From Ascidiella aspersa (lineage: Eukaryota): a stretch of DNA of 64,000 nt. Under the pieces are notes generated by a model that worked only from the letters and a program-made list of their open reading frames with translations, was not told where the DNA came from and ran no database searches. How positions within the stretch are numbered: the stretch's first letter is position 1; the number at the start of each line of letters is the position of its first letter. Where the stretch lies: contig OZ004610.1 of the NCBI GenBank assembly GCA_963924565.1, positions 33,914,001 through 33,978,000 of the forward strand, given 5' to 3'. The translations under genes and the position numbers were made by a program. Of this stretch, positions 1 through 11,990 are shown piece by piece.

Positions 1-933
1 CGTGCTGCTGCCAGAGTTGTGGGTGGCTGTGTTTTGTGTTTTCTAGCCGCTCAAAGTGTGCCCTTGAGTTGCGTGAGAGGGTGTTACTGTGGCAGGACGC
101 TTCATTGCAAGACGCGTTACGGTTCAGCTCTGGCCCGCGCATTCTGCACGTCTTTTACACGCGACGTTCTGGGCCTATACCTTGTGCTAAGTGCGTCGCC
201 ACATTTATCCGTCAAAGCTTTGACAAGCAGGATTACGGCCAAGGGTAAACACGATATTTTTATCGAGGAATTCGAAACAGAAAGGCTATTTTTAGCCACG
301 CCCAGAAACACCCTCAAGTTTTACATGGAAAACTGTCTCTTTATCTCCAATCAAGATTTCTCAGCGAAACTTGTTCGAAATGAGTCAAGTCACTTTTGCG
401 ATGTCGTAATGCAAATCGCGTTTTTATCGCGATGGCGAGTGGCTATTTTTGGGCAAATTTGCCAACTTGCAGGGACACCTAATACTCAGGAGCGGCGTGA
501 ACTTTGATAAAACCGTCAAGCGGCACGCGGAAAAGGGGGTTGCCGCTCATTTTTAAGTTATTAGTTGGGAAGGTGAGTCGACGAAATGCCATCGCGTGCC
601 ACTCCTGTCCCTGTGTATCCACCAGATGTGATTTGTATCGTGAGATAATGAGAGGCGCAAGGATTTTCATGCAAGATATTTTAAGATGCAATCTCGCAAG
701 TTCAAACGCGCCTTTCTAGTAGGGCTATAGCTTCGCATACCTCACTTTTGCCTTGAAACTCTACAACAGCGTTATTTAATTAAGCGCATAGCGGCTACGT
801 TTTGTGTACACAAACACTTCCGTCCTTAAACTTCTAGGGTCGCGATCTGGCTTTTGTTTGCACAGCACTTTCAAACGGCGCCGGCACAAACGGAAGATTT
901 GCAGCGCTTCGCGGAATCGATAACATCTGCCCA

Positions 934-987
934 GTGCGTGTGTGTGTGCGCGAGCGTGCGTTATTGCGTACGTACGCGTGTGTGTGT
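934..987. repeat. Imperfect alternating purine-pyrimidine (GT/CG) microsatellite
   Basis: gtgcgtgtgtgtgtgcgcgagcgtgcg...gcgtacgtacgcgtgtgtgtgt. Confidence 0.7.
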
Positions 988-3900
988 TTATCTCGCGCGA
1001 CCATCGTACTTAAGTCAGGGTTATAAGTCTAAAGACGCATGAACTTTATGATCATCCCTAAATCTGAAGCCCTCGAGTTTGTCTCAAGTCGCACGCGTAA
1101 TAAGCTATTGCGTCACAAACACAGCTGTGAAATGCGCCTAAAATACTTGAATGTATATAAAAAGTAATAGAAATGTGTAATCCAAATAACCCTTGTAGCT
1201 TAGCTTAAAAATTACGTCTTGCACTCGTTCGTAAAATACGTTAATTCGTATTGAAACACAAAAAAGTGTGTGAAATGCCGCCTTAACCAAACCGAATGCA
1301 TTTTACAAATTCTCTCAAGTGAAGTTTACCAGAAAAATCTCCAAAAACATCGCAACATCTGTCGCGTAAAATACCGGGTCACCGCTGGCCTGGATTTTTG
1401 TGGAATGCGCGCGCGACCAACAACAAAGGGCCGCATCTTTTCACGCTCAGCGGGAATTAACGGGTCGGCGTGACCGGAGATTTACGCCCTGTGATTTGAG
1501 GGAGCGTCCATTAAAAGCGACGACCTACAACCTATAGTATTAACGGGGTAGCCTGGATAAACTTAAAAGCGTCACTGAGTTAAGGTTGGGATTGGCTGCA
1601 CGCGATTTTTTTAAAATGTTCATATTTGGTTGGTTTTGTGTACAGAAATTAAATTCGATTTTTTACGCAAAGGTAGTGTATGACAATAATCAAAATGTAG
1701 ATTTTTCTACAACAAAATTAAATTTTATTTTCCAGCTTTATTCATGGTTAATGAAGGGGCTATGTCGTTTATTTTAATTGAGTTGTTGATTAAAATAGGC
1801 TGGCAATTTTAACCCTAAATAGGCGGTCATCACACATTATAAAATAAACTCTTGACCAATGGAATGTAAAAAAAACGTTAGTTTTGCGTTTTTGGTGCGT
1901 TTTTAAAGTTTTCAAAATTCAAGTACGCTCCCTTAGGTCAGGCACGCATAAGCAGCAACCAAGGAAAGCTAATGGACCTTGCTGGCACTCTTAACTTGTT
2001 TATAGTCCCTCCCATAACTCGCCACCCATCATTGCACTGCGACATTTAAACAGGAAATGGGCGACTTTCGCTCAATTATTCCCTTTTGGTCTTCGGCATA
2101 ATTATCAGGCCACCTCCATAAACCGTGGTCACGCGTGTGCTTTTACGTATAGGAAAAGACGGTTACGCTTTCATTGTCGCATAAATAAACTTCCGCAACT
2201 TTCCATGCGTCGATGTGTTTTTAAGGTTGGCTCCCAAAAAATTAAAAGGTTTAAACACACAAGTCCAACTTTTAACCAACGAAATACATAAAAAAATATC
2301 CGAGAAACTAAATAATCGCTCTATATCCGTAAAAAATAAAAAAATATTGGACTTAAAACCTTGTTAAAAACTAAATTGCTCTCGTTTCATACCAAAATTG
2401 GCTACAAAGTTGCCACAATCCAATTCCAATCCGCGCGAGTTATAATTCGATGAAATAATAACTCATAATCCGATAATAAATCGTCCAGTGGCCAAAAGGC
2501 ACGATTCCGCTCGCGAACTGTCACGCGATTTCGCCACACAATGCGGCTTCTGTGTGTTTTGGTGAGTTTGCAGCAAAGTGCAAGTTCTGCAATTTGATCT
2601 GCTCTTTAAAGGCGACTTCATCCGATCGCCATCAAATTGGCGCGGAAATCAGGCGGAAAAATAGGCCAGAAATAGAAGTTTCCCCCCGAAAAAGTGGGCA
2701 GGGCCGGGGAGACATTACGTGCTTATATCGAATAATGATTAACATTCCTTAAGAGCGCTTACGGTGGCTTTATCGTGGGTTAGAAGCGCCGGGGAAAAGG
2801 GCAGGTCTAGCTGAATGCGTAGGGGCCTCGTGGCTTTAAACCCCAACACAAATTATCCAATTACACCTCGCGTGTCCCCCTCGCATTACTAAGCCCCACC
2901 CTCTAATATAAACATGATTTGAAGCGCTTAAATCGCCACAAGGGGCCGATATGAGGGGGCATTTTGGTCGCCGCGCCCAAAATGCCCCAGTTATTGCTCT
3001 AAGTCCGCCCCAGGGCCCTCTATTCGCGCTAAAAAACCGCGTCGAACCCTTAAAACTACAAACACGCGCTAGCTTAAATCTGTCAGTAGCGGATCGGCGA
3101 AGGCGCTTTGCTACAAACGTTGCGTTTTTATCGCGGAATCTATTTCGAAGCCAATATGTGTGGCAATGACGTACGTCTAGCTGCCACCGTGACATAATAA
3201 ATAGAGAAGATTGACTCAAAACTGGACCGAATCCCTTTTTACCTGTTTTGGTGTTTGAGGGCGTGTGTTAATTAGCAGTTATTTTGAGTGGGTATTTTTA
3301 TGGTGTTGTATTTTGCTTGTTTAGTTAACATTCCTGTTCGTTTGTAGTTGAATGTTACAGCAGATGTTCGCGGTGTCGTATCTCTGATGCAAGTCACTCT
3401 AACACGAAACTAAGAAACCGCGAAACTTGTTTGACAAAACTTCTCCCAAAATAGGCGATGATAGGCTTGCGTGTGATATCTAACCAATGTTAACCAAACT
3501 AAGTTACTCCTAAAAGCCTACAACGTTTAGAACACGTTTCAATTACGCAACTTTATGTTTTAACACATTCACAATGATGACATCACAAACGGTGTGCATC
3601 TTTTGAATTCACAGCCATGTTAAGCTACGTTTAGGATTCGTCACAACCTTCTTGTTCACGTGATTCGAGCAGATAAGTGCGGAATGAGTTAAAATGGTTC
3701 GCTACATGTTGCTATCGTGGGACTAACACGATATGGTTGGCCGTAACGCATACCGCGAATGTGTGGCACTTGTAGCTACATATTACACCGCTCGTCATTC
3801 ATGGAGTAAAAATAGCCGAGCTGATAAGAATATGTTTCAAGGGTTTATGGAAATTGTAACTCATTCTTGTGTTACGGAAATGCCGGTAAATGTTTACTAA

Positions 3901-6900
3901 TTTGTTCGGAATGCCAAATTCTAGTTAATATGTGCTTTTTTAAAACGATTCTTCTTTGAAATAGCGTTTTTCGAAATATATAAATATTTTTTTAATTTTT
4001 TAAAATATAATTTTTTAATATGCCTTTTTTAGTTTTAACCCTTTTAATACCTTCAACACTTTTTTTTTCTTTTACATTTTTTTAGCAAAAATAAATCTCA
4101 TTTATTTACAGGTCTATTTAACTGCGGCAAAAAATTAAATATTGCTGTTGTAGTTTTACACGTGGCCAGTAAGCTCACCTTACAAATGCGTGAACAGAAA
4201 CGTATTAATCCAATCACTCGCTTTCCAATCGCGACTATTATTTCCAACGCGCGAGAAACCCTGTTTAAAGCCTCAATCAGGCTTGTTATGAAAGAGGATA
4301 GCCGCAGTAAGCTTCACATTTACAGAGATAGACCGCAATCTCACTTAAACACCGCCAAGGTGACACTTTTACAATCGACGGGCTTAAGCGTGGCGCCAGG
4401 GGTGTTTATACCCCGGGGCCGATTGTCACCCCTGTTGTTGGAACCGCTGTTATTTCAGGGGCCCCGGAACCGCGCTATAAAGGTTGTTTTTGTTTTCTTA
4501 GCCGACTTTACGTGGGCGTTATAGGAAGTAATAATGACAGACAACACCAGCAGCTATCTGCTGACCGGGGTAAACTTTGCGTGAAATGGCTCAATTTTGA
4601 TTGATTAAGATGGCGGCGAACGGTGAAGTGTTGACTGTGGCCTGATAAATGCAAGGATTTGTGTGCAGATTGTGTTTATCGTTGGCAGAAATGCCCTGTT
4701 GTAACAAGCCAAACGGTTAAACAACCACGAAGGCATCTATGGATCCCATAGCTAGTTCAAACACATTTAACTTAAAATTCGACGAATGTAGCTGTTTGTT
4801 CAAACATAGGGTACCCGTCGATTGTACAAACTGTAAAGTGTTAATAATCAGCCAATGTTTGACAAGTCCTCATTTCTCGCGTACGAGGCCTTGTTAAACT
4901 ATCGTTTGGACGAGGCTGTTGTCTGCATGAAGTTATTGATAGTCCAACGATTTCCCGCGCCCTGATAACAACCATCAGTGACTGACGGGCCCTAATACCA
5001 AGAGGATTTGCAAATAACTACGTCACTTCAACTAGGTAAAACAGGCTGCGGTGTGCTACCAAATGGTGACCGCAGTTTTAGATTAGGCGAGTACTTCTTT
5101 AAAAAGATTAAATAATAAAATTGATTTTATCCATTTAAATGTAATTTTGGTAAAACGGTTCCGCTGAAGTGTATAATCGCTTCACACACCCCGTTTGGTT
5201 ATTAGTTCCAGCTTTCGTTTTATATGTGGTCTACAAGGGCTTGGTAAAGCGTTGGCGGCCTCCTAAAGCAGTCCCACACGCCTAAGGTGGCTCTATATAA
5301 TGAGAAAGACGCGTCCAACTGAAATGACAAGTGTCCGGCCTAATAATTCAAGGCGGGCCGTTGCTATACTCAAGCGCATCAAAGCTTAATGACTGCCTGA
5401 GAGCCACTTCAAGTGCTGCCCACTCATGTTTAACGCGCATAAGGAATGCCCGAAAGTCAACGGAAAGTACAAGTTATTAAAAAATCGCCAAAGACAGGAA
5501 GGGGATTTTTTTGGAAAATGTGGGTGATGTCATTGTGATATTGAGCCAAATTATTTTACCAAACCAGTGCCAATCAGACATGCCTAATAATTTGGTGTTT
5601 TTAAAGTTATACTAAAACCCAAAGAAATATCAAAAACCCGAAGAATATCAAAAACGAATATTTAACTAGAATTGTAATATATTTGCAACTTTACTGAACA
5701 ATAAATATTTTCTTCTGATTTCACTCCCATTTAAGGCTGCAGTGCATGCTAGCGCGTCTGTTAAAAATCAAAGGCGCATATTCGGGCTATTCAAAGGCGT
5801 TATGAAGCGCTATAGAGGGGAGAGTCCGATATTGCACTTCGCTGAGTGATTTCCCCCAGTTTATCACGCTTTCAAATGACTTGCTGACGCCTGGCGCAAT
5901 GTTGAAGTGTGTGGGTGGTAAGCACGCGAAAATACTCGGACTTAGGCGTGGACAAAAGGTCATTTTGTGTGGTCTTATCACGGTGGACATGAATGGGGCA
6001 GTTTCTCAATTCAAAATTAATAAAAACGGGTTTGAAAGAGAACTCTATTCAGTTGTCTAACATTGCTTGTTTATTACAGTTAGCACAGTTACGTTATTTA
6101 AATAAAAGTGTTTCAAAACTTGTGCAACAGTTTTTTTTTTAAATTACTTTCTTTTACTAAATTCAAGATTTTCATATTAAAGAAGGAGTTTGGCTGTGTA
6201 TTCTTTCTATATTAGTTCTTCGATATCGCTTGAAATGTAACAACGCAATCGGAGAGTGGGGTGTGAAATCTTTATCACAACCATTCATCCTGTTTATTAT
6301 ACACGCGTGTTTGTAAACCTCGTAACTCGATAGAAGTTTGGAGATGAACTGCAATTACAAGTTGTCGCCTGGCGCAAGGAACACATGTTCACGACTTTGA
6401 GCTCCCTCAAAACACAAACGTGTCTGGCATTTCGCCGCGCTATCACTGCTCGACTGACGAGCCTTCAATTACAGCAACGCTCTGTGAAGCTCTTTGTCAA
6501 ATCGTGGGAACATACTTGCCAATGATCGAAGGCATTTTTCGCGTTTTCCCGAAGGTGTTAAAAATGCATCATCGCCGTGCAATCATGTCGTATATTGGCG
6601 CGGTGACGTTTTATCGACAAGCGCACTTGACGTATTCGACAATTAGGCGCTTTATGGCTCTTCGGAATGTCGTAAAACTTGTGCGTCAATTTGCTCATTC
6701 AAGTTTAATGAGCTCCGCTCGACGCGTTTATTTCTATGTTAACAAAGTCCGCGTAGGTTTGCTAGAATTAAATTTGCTATTTAACATTAAAGTGTTTGCA
6801 TTTTAAACCCAAGAATGTATTAAACAAACGAAATCTGCACTTATTTCCTTTGCTTATAAAGGCGTGAGTTTGGTCCTTCTAATTAAACTAATGCATTAAC

Positions 6901-8634
6901 TGATGTGATACAAGTAGGTATCGAAAGGTATTTATCAATCTTTTTGTCTTTAAGATTCATTACTTTGCATTATTTTCCATAATTGAGCTTTGATTTGGAA
7001 CTGAACCATTGAGGTTATAGGTGATAATAATAAGCGACACCTAATCTTGGTGATTATCGCTCGCCCAACCAACTACCACTTCCACCTTGTTTGATCACCC
7101 TCGCTTAATTCAAGGTAAATTTCCCGACCGCTGGTCTTCTAGTTTACATTTCGTCGAAAACTATCTTTTCCGGGCGACTTAGGGATTTGGTGTGGCCTTG
7201 AATGTCAGGCGAGGTATCAATCAGGATTGTGTTACGGCGTTTGGTTCGCGGCCAAATGGATTAAGATCAGCTAAATCTCGGGCGCAATGATGCCCGATCT
7301 GATATGAGACTGGCGTGACCAATTGAAGATATCGGATGCTAGCATTTGATGGCTTTCAGATTTGACCCAGAATTTAAACAGATCAATTCCGACTGAGTTT
7401 TTCCTTTTTAAGCCTTGGTGACTTTTAAGTGCCGGAAAATCTGACGCCAAAGTCACCGATGATATTACGCAAATATATCGAAGTAAGCTTAAAAGGTGAA
7501 AATCAGTTTGTTTTACGAATTTCTTGTCTATTATGGCTTACAATGTGTAATGACCGAAAGCGACCTATAGATTTAACGTTTTAATTCAAAGGTATCGCTT
7601 GTTTCAGAAAAGGCTCATTAGCAAAACGCATGTTTGCCTAACTGTAGCAACTAGACAGTCATTTAGCCAATTGCTTTCAACGCGCAACTACATTTTACTT
7701 GCAATTATATATCGCTATGTTTACCGTCTCATTGCCCCTGTTAAGTGATCCGTACGATTAGTATAATCTATGGATTATGCCTTGAAATTTGCAGAACTAG
7801 TTTTAGGCAAAACGCTGTTGTGGGTTTTGGGTGTATATAAAACATCCGCTAGGTGATATACGCGAGCCGTCATAACATTAGCGAGCGATTTCTGCAAAAC
7901 GCCTTTAGTTATAAGTGCGTAAAATCGCTAATTTGCACCAATATTTAGTGTTTATAACGTCAATAGCTGGCAGATGGTCTTTGTATTTGAGGGGAAAATA
8001 GGGTTGAGCTTACTCATGGCTAATTGACAGCTTTGGCGATTTTTCAGTGAGTACACAACGGTTTCGCAATTGCAGAACCAGCAATATTGCTGCAATTACT
8101 TCAGGTTAAGCGTGAGATTGTCACTTAAAGTATAGCATTTGGCATCCGTAAACACGTTTATAAATCTAACAAGGAGTTTACCTTTAAAATGTGTTTACGC
8201 ATCCCACGTGCTATACTTTGAATGGTGTCTATATAGGCGCCAATGTCCTGACACGATCCATTCAAACTTGCGCCCAACACGCCGTAACCCGACCTAAGGG
8301 GGCGTTAGGGGTTACTGAGCCCCAGGGGGGTTCAAAACCAGGGTCCCGGCACCGCTTTGGCGCACAGGCGCGATAAAAGAAGTCGCATGGTGTTGACACT
8401 GTGCATACTTCTCTCTGGGCTTGATGTTACCAAAGCAGCCATTGCTAAAGATTCCCTGCTCTGGTTGCAAAGGCATAAAGGGGGCCTTGTGATCGCGTGG
8501 GTAAATAAGCGGTTATTTGACGCTGTGCGAAAGCCTATTCCTAGACTTGCTGATAAATGTGGGACACGCACCGGGTGGATATTTTACACGTTCGTGCCTC
8601 GAACAAAAAACTTAACTTTTTGGAGCAATGCCTA

Positions 8635-8796
8635 GAGATTGTAGCTAGACTTGAATGAATATTAAAGCCCATACAGAAGTAGGTAGCGTTTTTAACGTTT
8701 CGAATCTTAAGATAATGGCTGGAGGCAAATGTATGTCAAAGTCCATATCGAAATAGGTAACATGTTAAAAATGAATAAAGATTTATTTAAACGTTA
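8635..8796 (+). mobile_element. Foldback-type MITE family A, partial copy (two tandem subunits + core)
   Basis: ttgtagctagacttgaatgaatattaaagcccatacagaagtaggtagcgtttttaacgtttcgaa-tcttaagataatggctggagg...aaaatgaataaag matches the copies at 37.2, 47.7, 51.3 and 54.2 kb. Confidence 0.75.
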
Positions 8797-9157
8797 ACAG
8801 AATTCTGCAAACTTACGTAAGGGCTTTAATATTGAAACAAATACTCAGTAGTTGCTTTGAAATGAGCGATTCTAAACCGTATTCTTGGAACTGGCTTGCT
8901 TTAGTATCGCCATGAACACTAGGGCCGCCTTCGTAAGCCTTATGTCTGCCAGAACACTCGAATTGTTTACAATTCGCGTAAACTTCTATGGCGTAACAAG
9001 TAAACACGCCGAGAGCTTCTGCTTTCGAATCACAAACAATCGCTTTCATTTCTCGTGTTTGTCTTTTCTAACTTTCGAATGATCCACTTGGATTATTGTG
9101 ACAGGCGTGTTTACATGCTTTCCAATAAGAAACGGCGACGTTGTAAGTTTCCAAAAC

Positions 9158-9250
9158 GCAAATAAACAAGCTGCCCTATTCTTTTTAGATTTGTATTTTG
9201 AGCATTTGAAAAGAGTTTAATCAGTCAGCAAATAAACAAGCTGCCCTATT
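9158..9250 (+). repeat. Perfect 23-bp direct repeat (gcaaataaacaagctgccctatt x2) containing a forkhead-type TAAACA
   Basis: Copies at 9158-9180 and 9228-9250; partial third copy gcaaataaacaa at 9367. Confidence 0.85.
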
Positions 9251-10052
9251 TATGTTATTATTATTGATTCATCGACAATCAGGTAACAGTCTTACGATTA
9301 AAGAATACCTGTCTTATTCTTACTGGATTTATATTTCGAGTGCCCAAAGCAAAGTTAAACCAATCCGCAAATAAACAACAGCACAGTATCTGCATTCTTA
9401 TTTGATTGCGCCAGTAAAGTGTGCTTAGGTCTTTGATAAGAAAGCAATAGCGAAGGGCAATATTTAGAAGTTGCGCAATGCCAGACCAATAGACCCCAGT
9501 AGACAAAAGGTGCAGAGCTCTTGCCTTCTACCGCACCTTTGTCCCAATTTCAGGTCGCAGACAGAAGCGATTAACATGTTAAAAAGCGCTCGGGACATCT
9601 TCCAGGTTGCCTGGCGTCACACTGCACATCGACCAGCAATTGTTGTCACTTTTAATTGGCCTTCTGGCCTCGTCAACAAAGGGTGGCGGTTTTTATCGGG
9701 CAAGGCACAGTGATTATGTTGGGCGCAAAACTGCAGTTAACCCAATTCGTTATCGCCGATTTTTAAACGATCGCCTTCTTACGAGCGTTAAATCGACTCC
9801 GCCTCCGACAATTTGTAAAAGCTAAAACGCTCATAACAATCGGATGCTATGTGATTAGCCTAATTACCACACGAACCATGTAAAAATTAATGTTTTTGGA
9901 ACCTGTAGATGTATTTTAGGCAGCTTATATAGTCTGGCAAACCGTATGGTGTATTTTTCTCTCCCCACAAAAACGTTTTTAACGTTTATAATACTAGTGA
10001 AAGTAATCGTACAAAAATCGTCTTTATCCCCCTAAATTTTGGACTTTATATT

Positions 10053-11921
10053 TTAGCTTTGCTGAATATTTTTAACGAATTCGTTTATTCTAGTTAATCT
10101 ATGGTAAACATTAAAAGTTAACCAACCTGAATCGTTCTGCTTTTGCTCGTTAGCGTTGACATCAACAGCCGGTCGTTTTGCTTCAAGGTGACATACTCCA
10201 TTAGCGCTCGATTTGGTGGTCGTTTGTGCGGGTTTGGGTGAGGCACTCCTGGAGTTCTTAACCTCTTTCGCCGCCGGAACGCTAGACTCCTTGGAGCGGC
10301 CCTTATGCGTGGGTGGTGAGGCTGCGAAGGTAACTGTACGCTTGCCAGTCGCTGCTGCCTTGCTGCTGGTCATACTTGACGCTTTAGGGGCGATTACTTC
10401 TTGCGCTGGGGTGGGGGAGCGCTTCTTCTTTCTAAACGAACCGATAATGCTGTGAGCGGGCTTGAAGTTAGGGCCCGCCACCTTGCGGAAAAGCTTGGCG
10501 GCGCCGCTGTTCCCGGACGTCTTGGTCTTCTCCTGGACCACAGCCTTGGCGGGCAGAGGGGGTGGAACCGCCGGAGCCAGGCGTTTGGCCAGGAACGCCT
10601 CGCAGTAGTCGGCACTGCTCGACATTTCACTGCTGCTGGTTCCGCTTAAACTGCTTCCACTTGTGTTTGACGATTCACTGCAAGTTGTGGTTCCGCTGCT
10701 TGAATCTGTGGCTGTCGTTGCGTTGCTTGCTGTTGTAGTTCCACTGCTGCAACTATCGCTACAAGCTGGAAGCATCTTAGGGTAGGGGATGATCTTCTGA
10801 CGGATGCTGCCGTACTCTGCCTTGATTGACTTCTCATCATCAGCGTCTTCACCAGCGCTGTGTGAATCCTCACATTCAACATCCGAAGCTCCTGTGCTTG
10901 TGGTTCCAGTTGATGTCGTCTCATCTGTGCTTGCTCTATAGCTAGGCCTTCCCTGGCGCCTTGACTTTGATACGCGTCCATGGCGCCGGTTCCTGGACCT
11001 ACGGCGCCTGCGACTTGACGACTTTGACCGACGCCGCGAGTTCTGGCAATAAGGGTAGTGACTCACGTTGTGTTTAAGTCCGCTGGGCGATAGGACGTCG
11101 TTTTGGTCTGAATGCCCATCGGAGTCGTCCAACATAAAGGATCGCCTTCTGTGCGGGTTTCTTCTTCTGTAGTTGGTGTACTCGCGGTTGAAGTCCTTAT
11201 TGTCGAGCGCGCTCTGTATGAACTTGCTCTTCCCGCTGTGGTGAAGTATACAGTCGGGTCCTGTAACAACTCCATCCACAAACTGTTCCTCGCTGAGGGT
11301 TACTGTTGTAACGCGCTCGTTGTCGACTTGCTTGCGGGATCTCGAGGCCTCTTTTCCCGCAGAATCGCTCCCGGGTTCCCCGATGTCCAATCGCCGCAGG
11401 CTCTCGCTAGTTTCCACCGTTGTCTCCTTGGTGTGCTGGATGAGGACCGCGCGCTGATACTGCATGATGTTCCTTCTAATCCTTCTCTTCTGCCCGTGGG
11501 AAAGCTTGTGAAGGAACGCCATTGCTTCCGGATGTTGAGCGCTCATCTTCTCGATCATGCTGTTGTACTGATTATCCTGCTCCTTAGTCTCACGGTATCT
11601 CGTGTGCTTGTTCTTCTTGAGTGAGAACTTCACATGACACTGCTCTTTACCCCAGGCTTGCCACACAGCCAGGATGCGGGTCCTTGGAGGAAGAGCCTTC
11701 TCACATCCTCTCCAGGACTCCACGACCACGTAGTTCTGAGCCAGCTCCTTCAGTGGAGTGTTCTCGTTGACTTCAAACTCGTCTCCTCTTGTATCTCCAT
11801 CGCCTCGCTCCACTTTCCTGTCTTTAAGTAGAGCTTGAAGAACGTCCGAGCAAGTTGTTCGACGAGTCAATCCCGATATCTCCTTTTCTTCGCGACCAAC
11901 GCGAACCGTAATGCAGGACAT
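10053..11921 (-). CDS. RASSF9/10: N-terminal Ras-association (RA) domain protein, RASSF9/RASSF10-like; large coding exon (622 codons to the in-frame stop, probably spliced at 10127)
   Basis: Only long ORF in the window (636 aa from TTG 11963; first ATG at 11921). The N-terminus ITVRVGREEKEISGLTRRTTCSDVLQALL...YVVVESWRGCEKALPPRTRILAVWQAWGKEQCHVKFSL matches the RA-domain pattern of RASSF9/10 (EEK.V.GLT+RTT..DV..ALL...E.WRG.ER.LPP.TRIL..W.AWG.EQ..+.F.L). It is GC-rich against AT-rich flanks. A donor-like CAG|GTTGGT at 10127/10126 coincides with the switch to AT-rich sequence, so the true C-terminus may lie in a later exon. Confidence 0.88.
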   Translation of the reverse strand: MSCITVRVGREEKEISGLTRRTTCSDVLQALLKDRKVERGDGDTRGDEFEVNENTPLKELAQNYVVVESWRGCEKALPPRTRILAVWQAWGKEQCHVKFSLKKNKHTRYRETKEQDNQYNSMIEKMSAQHPEAMAFLHKLSHGQKRRIRRNIMQYQRAVLIQHTKETTVETSESLRRLDIGEPGSDSAGKEASRSRKQVDNERVTTVTLSEEQFVDGVVTGPDCILHHSGKSKFIQSALDNKDFNREYTNYRRRNPHRRRSFMLDDSDGHSDQNDVLSPSGLKHNVSHYPYCQNSRRRSKSSSRRRRRSRNRRHGRVSKSRRQGRPSYRASTDETTSTGTTSTGASDVECEDSHSAGEDADDEKSIKAEYGSIRQKIIPYPKMLPACSDSCSSGTTTASNATTATDSSSGTTTCSESSNTSGSSLSGTSSSEMSSSADYCEAFLAKRLAPAVPPPLPAKAVVQEKTKTSGNSGAAKLFRKVAGPNFKPAHSIIGSFRKKKRSPTPAQEVIAPKASSMTSSKAAATGKRTVTFAASPPTHKGRSKESSVPAAKEVKNSRSASPKPAQTTTKSSANGVCHLEAKRPAVDVNANEQKQNDSGWLTFNVYHRLTRINEFVKNIQQS

Positions 11922-11990
11922 CTTGGACTTTTTTATATATTTATTTGAAAATTCTTCTGACAAACTTTCGTGCTATTCAGATTTTCCTAG

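Noticed and set aside
19-507. 162-aa ORF at the window start
   Set aside because: Non-ATG start, no domain resemblance, no supporting splice structure seen.
1860-1870. miR-1-like tggaatgtaaa
   Set aside because: Match ends after 11 nt in a poly-A run; no hairpin.
7030-7482. Possible downstream RASSF coding exon
   Set aside because: The minus-strand frames I translated show no RASSF-like C-terminal motif and no convincing acceptor.
9158-9250. CRISPR-like 23-bp repeat with 47-bp spacer
   Set aside because: Only two full copies, not palindromic, no cas genes, eukaryotic context.
11112-11624. 170-aa plus-strand ORF (and other short ORFs at 10.2-11.8 kb)
   Set aside because: Antisense or alternate-frame shadows of the GC-rich RASSF exon; no recognisable domain.
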